Shown here: positions 46,445 to 58,200 of the stretch, in pieces
Numbering within the stretch: the first letter of the stretch is position 1
Layout of the letters: each line of letters starts with the position of its first letter
IMG/VR virus record: IMGVR_UViG_3300017747_002675
Span: 15 to 64,014 of that record
Strand: one strand, 5' to 3'
Length of the DNA: 64,000 nt
Source: a virus
Lineage: Duplodnaviria; Caudoviricetes
The notes under the pieces: generated by a model
Told to the model about the DNA's origin: nothing
Seen by the model: only the letters and a program-made list of their open reading frames with translations
The model's database searches: none
Translations under genes and position numbers: made by a program

Positions 46445-49400
46445 TTACGCACCTCCTGTGACGAAGAAATCTTGGATAGGGACACCGTACATGGTTGTAA
46501 TCCCAAATCTCTTCAGTCTTGCTATGATCGCTGCCTTGACTTCCTTACTGACGACAACCCTTGTGACTCCTTCGGGACCGAGGTGGCGTTTTACCATCAT
46601 CTCGTACATGTGAGGTGTTATTTCTGAGACGACGTTGTCGTGGCCGTCTCTTCTTCCGAACCTGTCGTACCTGTTGGCAAAGACCTCACCTCGTCTGAAG
46701 ATGTTCTTTGCGCTAAATTCAAGGTATACTTGCCTCTGTGCTATACCGTAGGCCGGCGCCTCTCCAGGGCCTAGATACACGTAATCTGCGCCTCCACTGT
46801 TCATGTCAGAGCTCGATGACATGCCTTCTACCTGTTTTCCAGATCTAAATCTCTCAAGTGTTGACTGTAGCCCTGCAACTATGCTTCCGTCCTCAGATCC
46901 AAGAAGTAGATTGATTACCTTTTCAGCGGTCTCTTCTGGCGTATTGGTGTCTGTAAAGACGCTGTGGTGAAAAGCGTCTACACCTGTCTCGTCCATGAAT
47001 AGCTCTACAGCTTCGTCTGATAACCGCATCTCGACAAGACCATTTTCTCCCACGAAGATCTCGATGTCGTCTGCGGTGACGCCGTAATAACTTTCTAAAG
47101 CCTCAAGAATCATTTCTCTGGCCTTACCAGAGGCGTTCTTCTTTGCATCGACATACTCGTAATCTTTTCCAAGATAGCTTTCTAACTCGCTTCTTTCCAG
47201 TGAAGTCATACGTTTGTCCCTCATAAATCCGCCAAAAATCGAGATCAATCTGTTCTCAGCAAGCGCTCGTATATCCTGCTTTCTTGCCGGTCGCGGATCG
47301 GTGACACCGGCGATCATGAGAGCGTCTCTAATGTCACTTTCCGACGGGTCTAGAGAACTAAACGTCACGTCAACAGCGCCATTTATTGCAAGAAAGTAGT
47401 TGTCGACTCCTGTTTTAGCGGTGATCGTAAACCTTCCGTCCGGGTCGGTGTACTTAAAAGTCTTGACGGCGTCTGGGCCGTAAGAATTCAGTGAACTTGC
47501 CTCGTCGTCAACGTTGACATACATATACCCGCCGGGTCCAAGAGTCGAGCGATCAATCTGCGCGCCCGAAGAGACCGACCAGTTGCCAGAAGAGTCGTTT
47601 GTGACGCGCTCGACCAGGCCTTCCATCGCCCATGAAGTTAGTTTGTACCGCATTGCTGCAACGGTGCTGTCTACGTCGTCGAGAGAGATGTCCTCGCTTG
47701 GTAGCCCTTCATTGGTCCCTACTATCGGCACCCATACAGGTTTAGAACCTGAGCCTCGCGAAAGTATCCACGAGAATTTTCCGCTATACAATGCTTTTTT
47801 GTAGAACGTGACGATGCCGTCCTCGACGTCAGGGCCGTCGACGAGCGAGTCTTCCTTAGATCGTTTTGTTCTTGTGACAGACCGAAGCGCTTCAAGTATC
47901 GGCTTAACGTTCTTAAAGTCGGACTCTCCATAGGACAGTGGAGCGGTGTCGATAAAGCGCGGCACTCCAACTCTGCTGATCTCGTCTCTTGGGTACGTTG
48001 AAAGCTTTTTGACGATCTCTTCTGGAGTGGCACGAAGAGCTTCATAAAGATCATTGTCGTATTCTGGCTTTCCGTCGCTAAGAACCTCGAAGACCTGGTA
48101 CTTCAAAAAGTTTTGTGCCATATCTTCGTCTTCTACGCCAAATGCTTCAAAATCTGCGTTAAGAATCGAGTCATATATCTGATCTATAGATTCTTTAAGA
48201 CTATTTTTATTAGGGAGCTCATTCCCGTGCGTATCTAGGCCAACTCGTATTCCACGCAGATATAGCACTGTTTCGTCGAGCATTCCTAGGCTAAGAAGAG
48301 TCGCGACTTCGGCTCTTAGTTCTGCGTCGTCTAGCTTTGCTACATGATTAAAAATCATGGCCGCGGTCGCCTCGCCGGTGCCCATGTCAAACCCGGATTT
48401 CATACGTCTCTTCACAGATTCGATGTCAACCGTTTTTGTTTTGTCTGATCCGCCGTCTCTGCCTTTTATATAAAACGCAAAGACTTTAGCTGGACTAGTG
48501 TAGGCAGTTGACCTCAACATCGGGTGCGGCGATAGATTCATGTTGTACGGTCTGCTCTGCGGTGGCACCTCGTAGCCTGCGCTTCCGATCTTTTCACCAC
48601 GCCCACGGAGTTGAACGTTTGACCCGGCCTCAAATGCTTCGCTCTCCGTGACGTTAAATCTTTCCATAAGATACTCGCGTCTTTTCTTTAACGTTGACGC
48701 TACAAACTTTGCAGTATCTGGGTCACTAATAGTAGTTGACACCAATGAGTCTATCTGCTCGGGCGTAATTCTTGCTACACGCATTACGCTGTTTCGTATC
48801 TGCTCGTCGGTCATATCGGCGAACAGCGCCGCAGACTGTGCATTCACACCGCGGTCTCGAAGCGAGTCAATCTCGGAGACTACGTCGCCGAAAGCGTCTC
48901 CCTTAGGTTCGCCCTGAGCGCGAAACATCAACGCTCCACCCGGGTCAACGCGCACAGGGCGACCGTCTTCTCCGATGATCATGTTGTCAAACGTCAAACC
49001 GGCAACGTCCCAGTTCGAAAGCCACGCGTCGACAGCAAATCCATCGCGTATTTCGTCGAGAACTTTTGCATCTCCAGAGTTTATAGCGTCTCGCAGTGTC
49101 TTTCCACTGGGGTCACTTTTAATGATCGGAGAATATGTCGCTATTCTTCCGTCTTTTTCGGCAACGCTGACAGATATAGATCTAATCCCAGCTAGGCCGT
49201 ACAGATCTGACGCAAGAGACTCGTTTTGGGCGTGCGTCTCAGATTTAGACATCTTGACGTAGTACTTGGATCCAACCTCGTCCTCGTATGTCCCGCCTTC
49301 GTTCGATCCTGCCTGACTACCGACCATCTTCCACGACGAGATGTCCGTTGACATGCCGATCGCTGCGTTCAGGCTCAGTCCGGTCACGCCCTGCATTGAT

Positions 49401-52243
49401 TGGCCAGAATACGTAAAATTAAGAGAGTTTGTTGTCTTTGAAAAAGTGACGCTATTTGTTGCGACCTCGTCAAAGTTCATTTCTGACACGTCGCACTGTA
49501 TGAACTCAGACTCTATAAGGCTCGGCTTCTTAAAAGTAGAATTTTTAAGATTGCTCAAAACAAAATCAGTACTTAGTATGTACCCGTTCTCAAATAGAGA
49601 GCTGGCCATATCGCACTCTTTAAACGTCGAGCCTTCTATCTTAGCCTGAAAGGTGTTGAATCCCTGCATACTGCAACCTTTGAAGTACGCCGAATCTACG
49701 CTCGTATACGACCCAAAATTAGTGAAATTAAGATTGCATTCCGTGAAAGTAACGTCTTTTAGACTAGCAAAGTTGAAGGTGCACCCCAAAAGCGAGCTGT
49801 CTGTGAACGTGGCCCCCTTAATTTTAGTTTCTCCGAAGAGAGAGTAGTCAAATTTAGTGCCTACGGCTCTTACGTCGTCTAATGTTGCGTTCGATAGATT
49901 GGCGTGTTTCAGTACCGCTCTATCTAAAGTCGCGCCACTAAGATCTACGTTCATGAGTTTCGCGCTATTTAACATGGCGTCGCTAAGATTGACACCTTTA
50001 AGATCCATGCCAGAAAGATCCATGCCTGAAAGCATCGCACCTGAAAGATCGGCGCCTGGCACTATCTCCTCAAGCGGAGGCACGGCTCCCTTCCATCTCG
50101 TGTTGTTTAGAACGTTTTCTGACACCGGCTCACCGGTAACGACGTCCGTGGGGACGTCGGGATCGACCAACGGCGGGCCCGACAGCGGATTGTACTTCTT
50201 CTCCGGTTCTGGTTTTTTCGTCTCTTTCTTTGGAGTAAATCTCTTAGAGTAAGAAACACCGGAACCTCCGTCAGACGTATCGTCGCGCGTTCCTTTCACG
50301 TACGCGTGATGCGCGAACCACGAGTCGGCGCCAGGCCAACGAACAAGATCGCCGGCAACAAGTCTGAACGGATCGTCAAAGCTCTCTTGACTTGCCTTGT
50401 TCACTAGCGCCTCAAGATCGTCAACCTGAGAGTCACTATCAAAGTACGGAGTCCCAAACGAGTCTGTGCGCTCGGTCCCCGAGCGCCACGCCTCGATAGC
50501 GTCTCGAGCGCCCTGAATGTGAGTCAGTCTATCGTCCTCTGTCTCCCAGTCAAAACCGTTGCGACCCCAGTGGGTTGCGCCGATCATCGTATCGTCCTTC
50601 GCGGTCTTTTTTACCTTCGACGAACCGAGTAGATTGACCTCGTCTACACCTGCTTCGCGATATAGAAACTCTGATCTCGTGTTGAAAACTGAGCCGATGC
50701 CCCGTGACTGATGCTCTGGTCGAAGAGAGAGAATATCGTGCTTTACAGCAAGATCTCCATTTGCCTTCATAAGCACAGTTCGACCAAAAGTACCGAGCGT
50801 TTCGCCTGTCTCGGCGTCTACGAAGTCTCCACTGAAGTACAGTTGATGCTCGATGTCTCCACCATACGCGCCTGAAGTATCTAGATCTGCAAAAAACCAA
50901 CCGGCGCCGTCTTCAGGCATCTCAGCGAGCTCGATGCGGATGTCTTTGCCGTTTTTGTCTTTGAAAACGGCCTTATCGAACGACTCCAGGAGATGTTGTC
51001 TAGTCTTTGCGGCACGCTCTTCCTTCGTCGCTATGCCAGGATTTCGCATGACGTCGCCGATCGACTTGAACGCGTCTCTCTGTTCGTCGGTCACCGACTG
51101 TGCCGCAGACAGCGCCGTGTCTATGCCCGCTGTTTCTGACTTTGCCGGGCTCACTGGCTTGATGGGCTTCTTTTCTCCTTGAATAAACTCGAGAGCTTCC
51201 TTAGCGTCTGCCTCTGCGCTTTCAAGGTCAGCCGCGATCAGCGACTGAACCTGGGCCCAGCTTCTAATGCCTTCAAAGCCCTCGGGGAAAATCTGATCAC
51301 CTTTGTCTGCCCAGCCGTCTGGTTCGGCGTCGTCTGCTGTATAGAAGTTAGGTCTGTGAACGTCCCACGAGTTTGAAGAAAAGGGGTCGTTTTCTTGCTC
51401 TTTTGGTATCCGGACAAAGTACCCGTCCTTAGACCTAAATACACTGTAAGGATGCTTCCCTTGCTCTATCTCTTCCCATTCGGTTGGTGTATCGATGATC
51501 TTGACATCTGCCGCGTCGACAAACGAGTCTTCCTTCTCAAAATCAACCTGGTCAAGATCAACGTTCGGAGCGTCTTCAAACGCCTCGTCGCTAAGAATCG
51601 CCTTGGCGGCAGTACCTTTTGTCGACGGAAATACGTAGATTCCCTTTGGTAGACCACCCATCGGGTTATCAACCTGAACCTCGATGTCGTCGTCGCCAGA
51701 CGACCCGACTACCTTGCCTGAGACGGCAGAGAATGACCCGTCAAGCCCGCGAATGGACACGGTAAACCCGCCGCCCATTTCAGCGAATCGGCCACGCCTG
51801 TCACGTCGCTGGACCTTCGCCCGGGCTCTACGCGCGGCTACCGAGTTACCTCCTAGGAACGATAAAGCACCTGCTACGAGCGCTTCTCGATCATCCTCCG
51901 AGTCGTCAGTTTCGCCGTCGCCGTCTTCCGGCGTATACATCGCCCGCTCGGCGGCTGTCAGAGGGCGAATGCGGTAAAAAATGCCGTTGCTTGAGAAGTA
52001 CGCCTCACCTGTTCCAGAGCTGTATTTCAATGATTTACCGTTGTCAAGGTTATATAGCATGAAACGATCGACAGCGACGATCTCGACGGCCGGTCGCTGG
52101 CCTTTACTGAGTTGCTCCGGCTGCGAGTAGTCAAACACTCGTTCAATTATTCTTGTCGAGACAACTTTGCCACCGTCTCGCATGGCGTCTAGTGCTACCT
52201 TGCTGTTAAACAGGTCGTATTGTGATAGCTTATTCTTTGCCAT
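46445..52243 (-). CDS. 1,932-aa multidomain head-locus protein (GNAT, pentapeptide repeats, HipA/PI3K-like kinase, putative H-Y-E ADP-ribosyltransferase)
   Basis: RDRRGRF; PEHQSRGIGS; ADLSG/AMLSG pentapeptides; GSNEGG..YYVK..NE.LA..DAWLSNWD..RVDPG; GLQSTLERF..GGADYVYL..YEMMVK. Confidence 0.8.
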   Translation of the reverse strand: MAKNKLSQYDLFNSKVALDAMRDGGKVVSTRIIERVFDYSQPEQLSKGQRPAVEIVAVDRFMLYNLDNGKSLKYSSGTGEAYFSSNGIFYRIRPLTAAERAMYTPEDGDGETDDSEDDREALVAGALSFLGGNSVAARRARAKVQRRDRRGRFAEMGGGFTVSIRGLDGSFSAVSGKVVGSSGDDDIEVQVDNPMGGLPKGIYVFPSTKGTAAKAILSDEAFEDAPNVDLDQVDFEKEDSFVDAADVKIIDTPTEWEEIEQGKHPYSVFRSKDGYFVRIPKEQENDPFSSNSWDVHRPNFYTADDAEPDGWADKGDQIFPEGFEGIRSWAQVQSLIAADLESAEADAKEALEFIQGEKKPIKPVSPAKSETAGIDTALSAAQSVTDEQRDAFKSIGDVMRNPGIATKEERAAKTRQHLLESFDKAVFKDKNGKDIRIELAEMPEDGAGWFFADLDTSGAYGGDIEHQLYFSGDFVDAETGETLGTFGRTVLMKANGDLAVKHDILSLRPEHQSRGIGSVFNTRSEFLYREAGVDEVNLLGSSKVKKTAKDDTMIGATHWGRNGFDWETEDDRLTHIQGARDAIEAWRSGTERTDSFGTPYFDSDSQVDDLEALVNKASQESFDDPFRLVAGDLVRWPGADSWFAHHAYVKGTRDDTSDGGSGVSYSKRFTPKKETKKPEPEKKYNPLSGPPLVDPDVPTDVVTGEPVSENVLNNTRWKGAVPPLEEIVPGADLSGAMLSGMDLSGMDLKGVNLSDAMLNSAKLMNVDLSGATLDRAVLKHANLSNATLDDVRAVGTKFDYSLFGETKIKGATFTDSSLLGCTFNFASLKDVTFTECNLNFTNFGSYTSVDSAYFKGCSMQGFNTFQAKIEGSTFKECDMASSLFENGYILSTDFVLSNLKNSTFKKPSLIESEFIQCDVSEMNFDEVATNSVTFSKTTNSLNFTYSGQSMQGVTGLSLNAAIGMSTDISSWKMVGSQAGSNEGGTYEDEVGSKYYVKMSKSETHAQNESLASDLYGLAGIRSISVSVAEKDGRIATYSPIIKSDPSGKTLRDAINSGDAKVLDEIRDGFAVDAWLSNWDVAGLTFDNMIIGEDGRPVRVDPGGALMFRAQGEPKGDAFGDVVSEIDSLRDRGVNAQSAALFADMTDEQIRNSVMRVARITPEQIDSLVSTTISDPDTAKFVASTLKKRREYLMERFNVTESEAFEAGSNVQLRGRGEKIGSAGYEVPPQSRPYNMNLSPHPMLRSTAYTSPAKVFAFYIKGRDGGSDKTKTVDIESVKRRMKSGFDMGTGEATAAMIFNHVAKLDDAELRAEVATLLSLGMLDETVLYLRGIRVGLDTHGNELPNKNSLKESIDQIYDSILNADFEAFGVEDEDMAQNFLKYQVFEVLSDGKPEYDNDLYEALRATPEEIVKKLSTYPRDEISRVGVPRFIDTAPLSYGESDFKNVKPILEALRSVTRTKRSKEDSLVDGPDVEDGIVTFYKKALYSGKFSWILSRGSGSKPVWVPIVGTNEGLPSEDISLDDVDSTVAAMRYKLTSWAMEGLVERVTNDSSGNWSVSSGAQIDRSTLGPGGYMYVNVDDEASSLNSYGPDAVKTFKYTDPDGRFTITAKTGVDNYFLAINGAVDVTFSSLDPSESDIRDALMIAGVTDPRPARKQDIRALAENRLISIFGGFMRDKRMTSLERSELESYLGKDYEYVDAKKNASGKAREMILEALESYYGVTADDIEIFVGENGLVEMRLSDEAVELFMDETGVDAFHHSVFTDTNTPEETAEKVINLLLGSEDGSIVAGLQSTLERFRSGKQVEGMSSSSDMNSGGADYVYLGPGEAPAYGIAQRQVYLEFSAKNIFRRGEVFANRYDRFGRRDGHDNVVSEITPHMYEMMVKRHLGPEGVTRVVVSKEVKAAIIARLKRFGITTMYGVPIQDFFVTGGA
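49400..50062 (-). repeat. Pentapeptide repeat coding region
   Basis: ADLSG AMLSG MDLSG MDLKG VNLSD AMLNS AKLMN VDLSG ATLDR.. Confidence 0.85.
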
Positions 52244-52247
52244 GTTC

Positions 52248-55200
52248 TCATCCTACCCAGAACGGGTTTGACCTGTCGCCTTTACGGAACTTACTTTTAG
52301 TCGTTGCAGGCCCGCCTAGCAGCGCTGCTCGCGCCTCTGACATCAGGCCCATTCCACTGAGCTGAGAAAAGATTGCGAGACGCAACTGCGGCGGAATGTC
52401 TGTCTTAAGCAAGTCAATAAGCCCAAAGACGCCCTGCTTCTGTAGCTTTGGATCGCTACTCTTGGCTTTTTTCAAGAAATCATCAAACACAGGTTTGTAG
52501 AACGCCTCTCCACTTCCAGTGGGGGCTTCAGCTCCGGCCTTGCCGTATCTACCGTATCTTCCATACACTACAGCGAAGTCAGATATTGATCCGTCTTCAA
52601 TCATCTTTTCAAGATTCTCGATCGCCTTCGGGTTTAAAGCTCTTCCTGGCTGTCTAAACTCACCTTTTACGTACTTCTTATGAGCCACTATTTTATGAGG
52701 CTTGCCGTTGCGGCGCTGCAGCGTGATCAACGTTCCAGTACCTTTCTCGATAGCTATGATGCTGTGATCGGGATTGCTTGCTAGCCCGTACTCCTCAGCA
52801 ATAGTCATCGTTCCGGCTTCGTTTGGAACATTTAATGCGCCACCTGCGTACGGAGGGAGCATCTTACGCTCCTTGAGCCTGTCCATAATTTTAGCTATTG
52901 CCTCTGCCTTGCTTACAAGATCGTCACCAGTTTTCCACTCGTCTGGGTCGACTTCGTTCCCAAATAGACGCACAAAATCACGAACAGGCACGCCGTTGAT
53001 CTCCGTTACGCCTCTCTTATCTAGCTCCTTGAGTATGAAATTTCTTAGTTCGGCGCCGACATAGATATTTGACATAGCACTATTATCAAGATGGCGCTTC
53101 AACATGAGCTCATAGCCTTCAGGTTTGATGTGACCGACAGGGTCGTTGTGAACTCTTCCGCCAAAGTAGTCTTCTTGGTTTGCCCATAGGTCAAGGCGCG
53201 TAAGAACCTCTACTGGGTCATAAAAGATAAACACGTTGTCGTCGTCGTCGTGTATCAGCTCACCTTTCTGTGCAGTTCGGTGCTGGTCGTATCCGACCAT
53301 TGTTAGATACACGTAATCGGCGCCTCCAGTGCTCATATCAGACTCTGATGATCCACCCATGTACTGCAGACCTAGATCAAAACGCTCTTGAGTAGAAAGA
53401 AGACCTAGACCAAACTCGTTTGCAATAACGTCAACAACAGTCGCGGCTCTTTCTTCTACAGTCAAACTTCCGAGTGACAGAGCGTGGCTAAGACCTGGAA
53501 GGTTTCTTTGGTCTATGATCTTCTGCGCGACGTCCCTAGGGATCTTCATCTCGATAAGCCCGTCCTCACCAACACCCACCGTCACGTCGTCTGCCGTAAC
53601 GCCAAGCTTGCGTTTAATATCGTTCAAAACTTTTAGTCGTGCTGGCCCTGTTAGGTTCAACGCCGGGTCGGAAACTCCACCAAACAACGAGATTAACTTG
53701 TTCTCCGCAAGAACTTTAAGATCTTTCTTTGTCATCGGTCTTGGATCGGTGACTCCTGCAGCTCTTAAGGCCTCGGCGATCTCTTCGTCGCTCGGGTCCA
53801 AAGACGAGAACACTATTTCGACCTTGTTGTCTACGGTTGACCACTCGTGGTTGTCTTTTATACCAACCTCGATTCCTGAGCTCGGGTCGCTCTCGAACAC
53901 CTTCACTACAAAAGGTTTGCCGTTGACCTCTCCGTCGTACCTACGAAGCACACCGGTCTGGGTTGACGTTAGCTTAGAAAATTCGCTTTCAACTCTTGCA
54001 ATTCCGGTCGTCTTATCGATAGACTTACGCCTAAACGATATGACATCTGGGCCAAACATAGTTTTCCATCGTGATTTTTTATTAGCGACAACGCTCTTCG
54101 CGTCATTTCTCTTAAGAGCGTCTGCAGCCCAAGACGTGAGCTTAAATCTTGCGACAAGAACCGCTGACTTTTCGTCGTCTCCCTCCTTGGTAAAGGTGAT
54201 TCTGCCGTCTTCGACGTCATCACCGTCGATAAGAGAATCGATTATTGGACGTGCGCTGTCGGTGAGATCGTTGATCGCGTCGCGTATTGACGGTACGGCG
54301 TCAAAATCAGTTTCATCGTACGATAGGGGACTGTCGTCGACGATCTTTTCAACACCTGACCCACGGACCGCTCTCTGCTTTCTTTCTCCGACGATATCGG
54401 CAAGATCGTCTATACTCTTTTTCGCTATATCTTTGAAAGCTTTCTTAACGCCTTCGTCGTTTTGTAGCGCGCTATTGAGATCTTGCACGTATGAGCCCGT
54501 TGCTGATGTTCTAGGAATGCTTAGGTCTGCCCCTGTCGAAGTTCTGTACACAAAATCAGAAGAGTCGATTATGCCCTGAAAGTCCCCTTCTCTCACATCT
54601 ATAATAGCTTTATCAATCACGCTTCTAGCGTCTCCACGGGCCTCTCTCTGCGCGGTTTTTAGCCAGTGCATTCCTTCTTCTACGCGTCCAGCAAGTATCA
54701 AGCCGTAGCCGACTGCCAATACGTCGTATACTTTTTCATCCGCAAGAAGACTATTTATCTCGTCAGCGGCAGTGTCGGGGTCGTATGGTCTATCTGACGA
54801 GTCAAGAACTGAGATGCTTAGCGCGTCACCGGAATCTTCGTCGTAGAATGAGAATAGAAAAGCACTGCGCTGTTGGTTCACGAAGTCCGGTGTATATCTA
54901 AACAAACCATCGCCTTCGTCGAAGTTCTTGATGTCTTCTTCAGACGGCGCCTGCGGAGCGTCAGCGGGGGTACCGGCCTCTGCTTCCTGCACTCTCTGGT
55001 TTACTACATCGGCGAGATCAGGCTTCGACTGCTCAACTACGGCGAGGCGCACTGACATAACAGTGCCATCATCCGACTGGCTCTTAGCTACAACCCTAAA
55101 GGTCGTGTTTCTATCGATAAGAAATTCCTGCTCTTCTGAGAATTCAAGTATGTCTTCGCCGTTGAGATACCCCTGCACATAGATGCCTGTTGTTCCCGCC

Positions 55201-58200
55201 GGGGCGTATATCTCAAGGCGAAAATAATCGCTCGGAATATCGTCCTCTGAAGACGTCGAAGTAAAGGCAGCGTCGGTGACCAAATCTCCCACCTCGTACG
55301 CTCTTATCACTTCAACAATGTCTTCAGGCACCATTCTATAGAAAACTGCGTCCTTAGGCAGCTTAGGCGCTTTCTCCATTAGCTTATCGATTTTGTCAAT
55401 TTCATCTATGACCGTACCTAGCGGTTGAGATGAGATATTTCCACTGCGAAGAAAACCGTTTATCGACGTGAAGCCAGAGCCTTGGTATGATCTAAGACCT
55501 AAAGACTCTTCTAGCCCTTGGTCAGATGTTTCGTTTGTGTCTGGGTCGACAAGAACAAATCCCTGTTCTTCGTATAGATCAGACATCGCAGATTCAAAGT
55601 CCCATCCCGGAGTATCGACCTGCCAGTCCGGTTCAATATTCGCGGCGTCGACGTCGGCCTCGTCATCTTTTGACAGACCGGGCGCGTCTTCTATAGGTCT
55701 TGGGGCTTCGACGCTTTCATCTCCGTTGTCAACCGCGAGGACGACAGTATCGTAGGTATATTGCTTTTTGGGCATACCAGTGACCGGGTCGGGGACGGTC
55801 ATTCCGCGCTCGTCTAGGACGTCAGGACCTTCAACGGTGGCATTCTGGGTAACTACAAACTTAGTCCCGGCAGGGAACGAAAAATCTAGACCTTCATACG
55901 GGTCGTGAGACTCAGAAAGACTCTTAATCAACGCTTCTTTGTCGACTGCAATATCGAGCAACGCTTGAGGTATCTCTACTGGTTTTGGCTTGCCGTGAAA
56001 GACGACATCCGTGCCCGGCGCGGCCTGGAATTTGACAAGTAGAACATTTTCACCTTCAATGGCTCTTTGTACGTCTCCCCGATAGTCGTGTGAAGTTCGT
56101 ATAGGCTCTTCGCTGACAAACGTCTTACCAAGTTTCAACTTACCTATGCCAAGAAACGCGCCCGGCTCCCTAGCAATGCTGGTAACCACAAATCCGCTGA
56201 CTCCAAGTTTACCAGGGTTGTTGTCCAGTTCAGGAGAGTTATCAGCTTCAGGAGCCTCGGCTGTGGCCTTCGAGGACGACTCGTCTTTTTGAGTCACAGG
56301 CGCCTTAGTTTTCTTGAGCTTAACCTTGTGTCTTTTCTCGTCTTCAATATATTCAACAGACACGACCTCAAACGTGCCTGACGCGATAACCTCACCTTCA
56401 TCCCAGTTAGACACTTTAGATATATCTACACCGTCAACGTCTGCACCACTAACTTCGAGAGTGATATTGCCGAACTCGAAGGTTGCCTCTTCATCCTTAG
56501 AAAACGATCGCGGGGGGATAGATACTACAGCACCTTTTCTTAAAAAATCTTTCGTCAGATCCGTGTTTTTAATCCCTCTATATATCTTCTTTTTATGCGG
56601 AGAACGCTGGGACAGTCGAGAAAGCAGACGATAATATGCGCCAGCTATAGACGGCTCTTGCCCACCTATCTGCTCGTCGCCTCTAGCAAGATTCAGCTCA
56701 GATCTAACGACATCAGCATACGACAGAGGCATACCGTACTTTTTAGCAAACTCTACGACATCTTGCAGTGACGACGGTTCTTGGTTCTTGTATAAAGCAC
56801 CGCCAATTTCTCTTTCAACGTTCCCAAAACCCTCTATAATGCCACCGTCAAGAAAAGAAGATAGTGCCATTAGAGCTCTGTATGCTTCTCTCTCTTCAGG
56901 GTTGTTTGACCTTGCGAACTCAAGGAACTCGCCCAGAAGTTGATGAACTGCACCGGCGTCTTCTTTAATCTTCTTAGAAATTCTTTCAACTAAATCGTTG
57001 AAAGGCTTGCTTGTCTCGTCTGGGTTTTTCTCAAGAAAATCATTTATCAAGGACAAAGTTACTTGGGCAACCGGTGCCGACATCATTGCTGACTTAAGCT
57101 TTTCTTCATAGGTTAGCTCTTCATCTTCATTGAAGAGCTCGCCGTCCGGTTCTATGTCTTTAAGAATTTTGGAGGCCTCGGCTGTGGCCCCCGAGGGGGC
57201 CTCACCTTTTGGGGTATCAGTCCTTGATTCCTCATCGCCTGACCACGCATCCGCCTCAGATCGGGCCTCCACGTTCTCTCTGAGCGCCTCCGTTGTACCA
57301 GCCGCAGGTGCACCGCCACCGTCCTCGGGAGCGACGTACGGACGGGTGCCAAGACCTCCGTCACCGTCTCCACCCTTAGCCTCCTCAAGCACCTTAAGCT
57401 GCTCGTCGAGCTTCTTAGGCTTCTTGTCTTCGGAGGTGGTACCGTTGTCGATCCACGGTGAGTTGTCGTCGCCATCGTGAATCAACGTCAGTGTCTTGTT
57501 GCTTCTTACGCTGATATGGCGTCTCGGTCCCCAGCTCTTTTCGCTGACCTTGTCGGGGTCACGGTGATCGATGTCCTGCTTAAAGTAGACGTAGCCCCAG
57601 TCGTCACCGTCGACCTTGTAGCGAAGGATCGTTCCGGCATACCCCCACTTGTCGCGGGCACGCATACCAGGCTTGATGAACACGCCTTTCTTATCGAAGC
57701 CTTGCATGTTTCCTTCAGGCGGCAACCCCTTGCCGAGAACCTGACCGGTCTTTGCCGAGCCGTCGTAGAATCTTCTGGCATCTCGAGCGCCGTCGGCAAG
57801 GCCGTCGTACATCTGCTTTTGCCATTTTTCGGGGAACTTCAGCCCTCGCATTCTTTCTTCAAACTCAGTAAGAGCAGCGATCGTTTCTTCGATTGAAGCC
57901 TCGCCGTTTCGCTGCTTTTCTAAGATGTCGATGAGAGCACGGATCTCCTTAGCGTACTTTCTTTCAGGCTTGTCTCCGTTTGTTTCGATCTCATCGGCTT
58001 CTTCGTTGAGCTCGTTGATGTAGTCAGCGATCTTAGCCGCGTCGTCCATGTCAAACGACTCGCCAGGCGCGGGCTCCTCTGTTACGACGTCGACGTCCTG
58101 ATTTCTTTCATCAGACATCGATGGAGCGACAAACTCTTCTGGAGCGATCTCGTTTGGCGCCTCTGGAGTTCCAGACATGCCAGGCTCCGGATCGGGCTCT

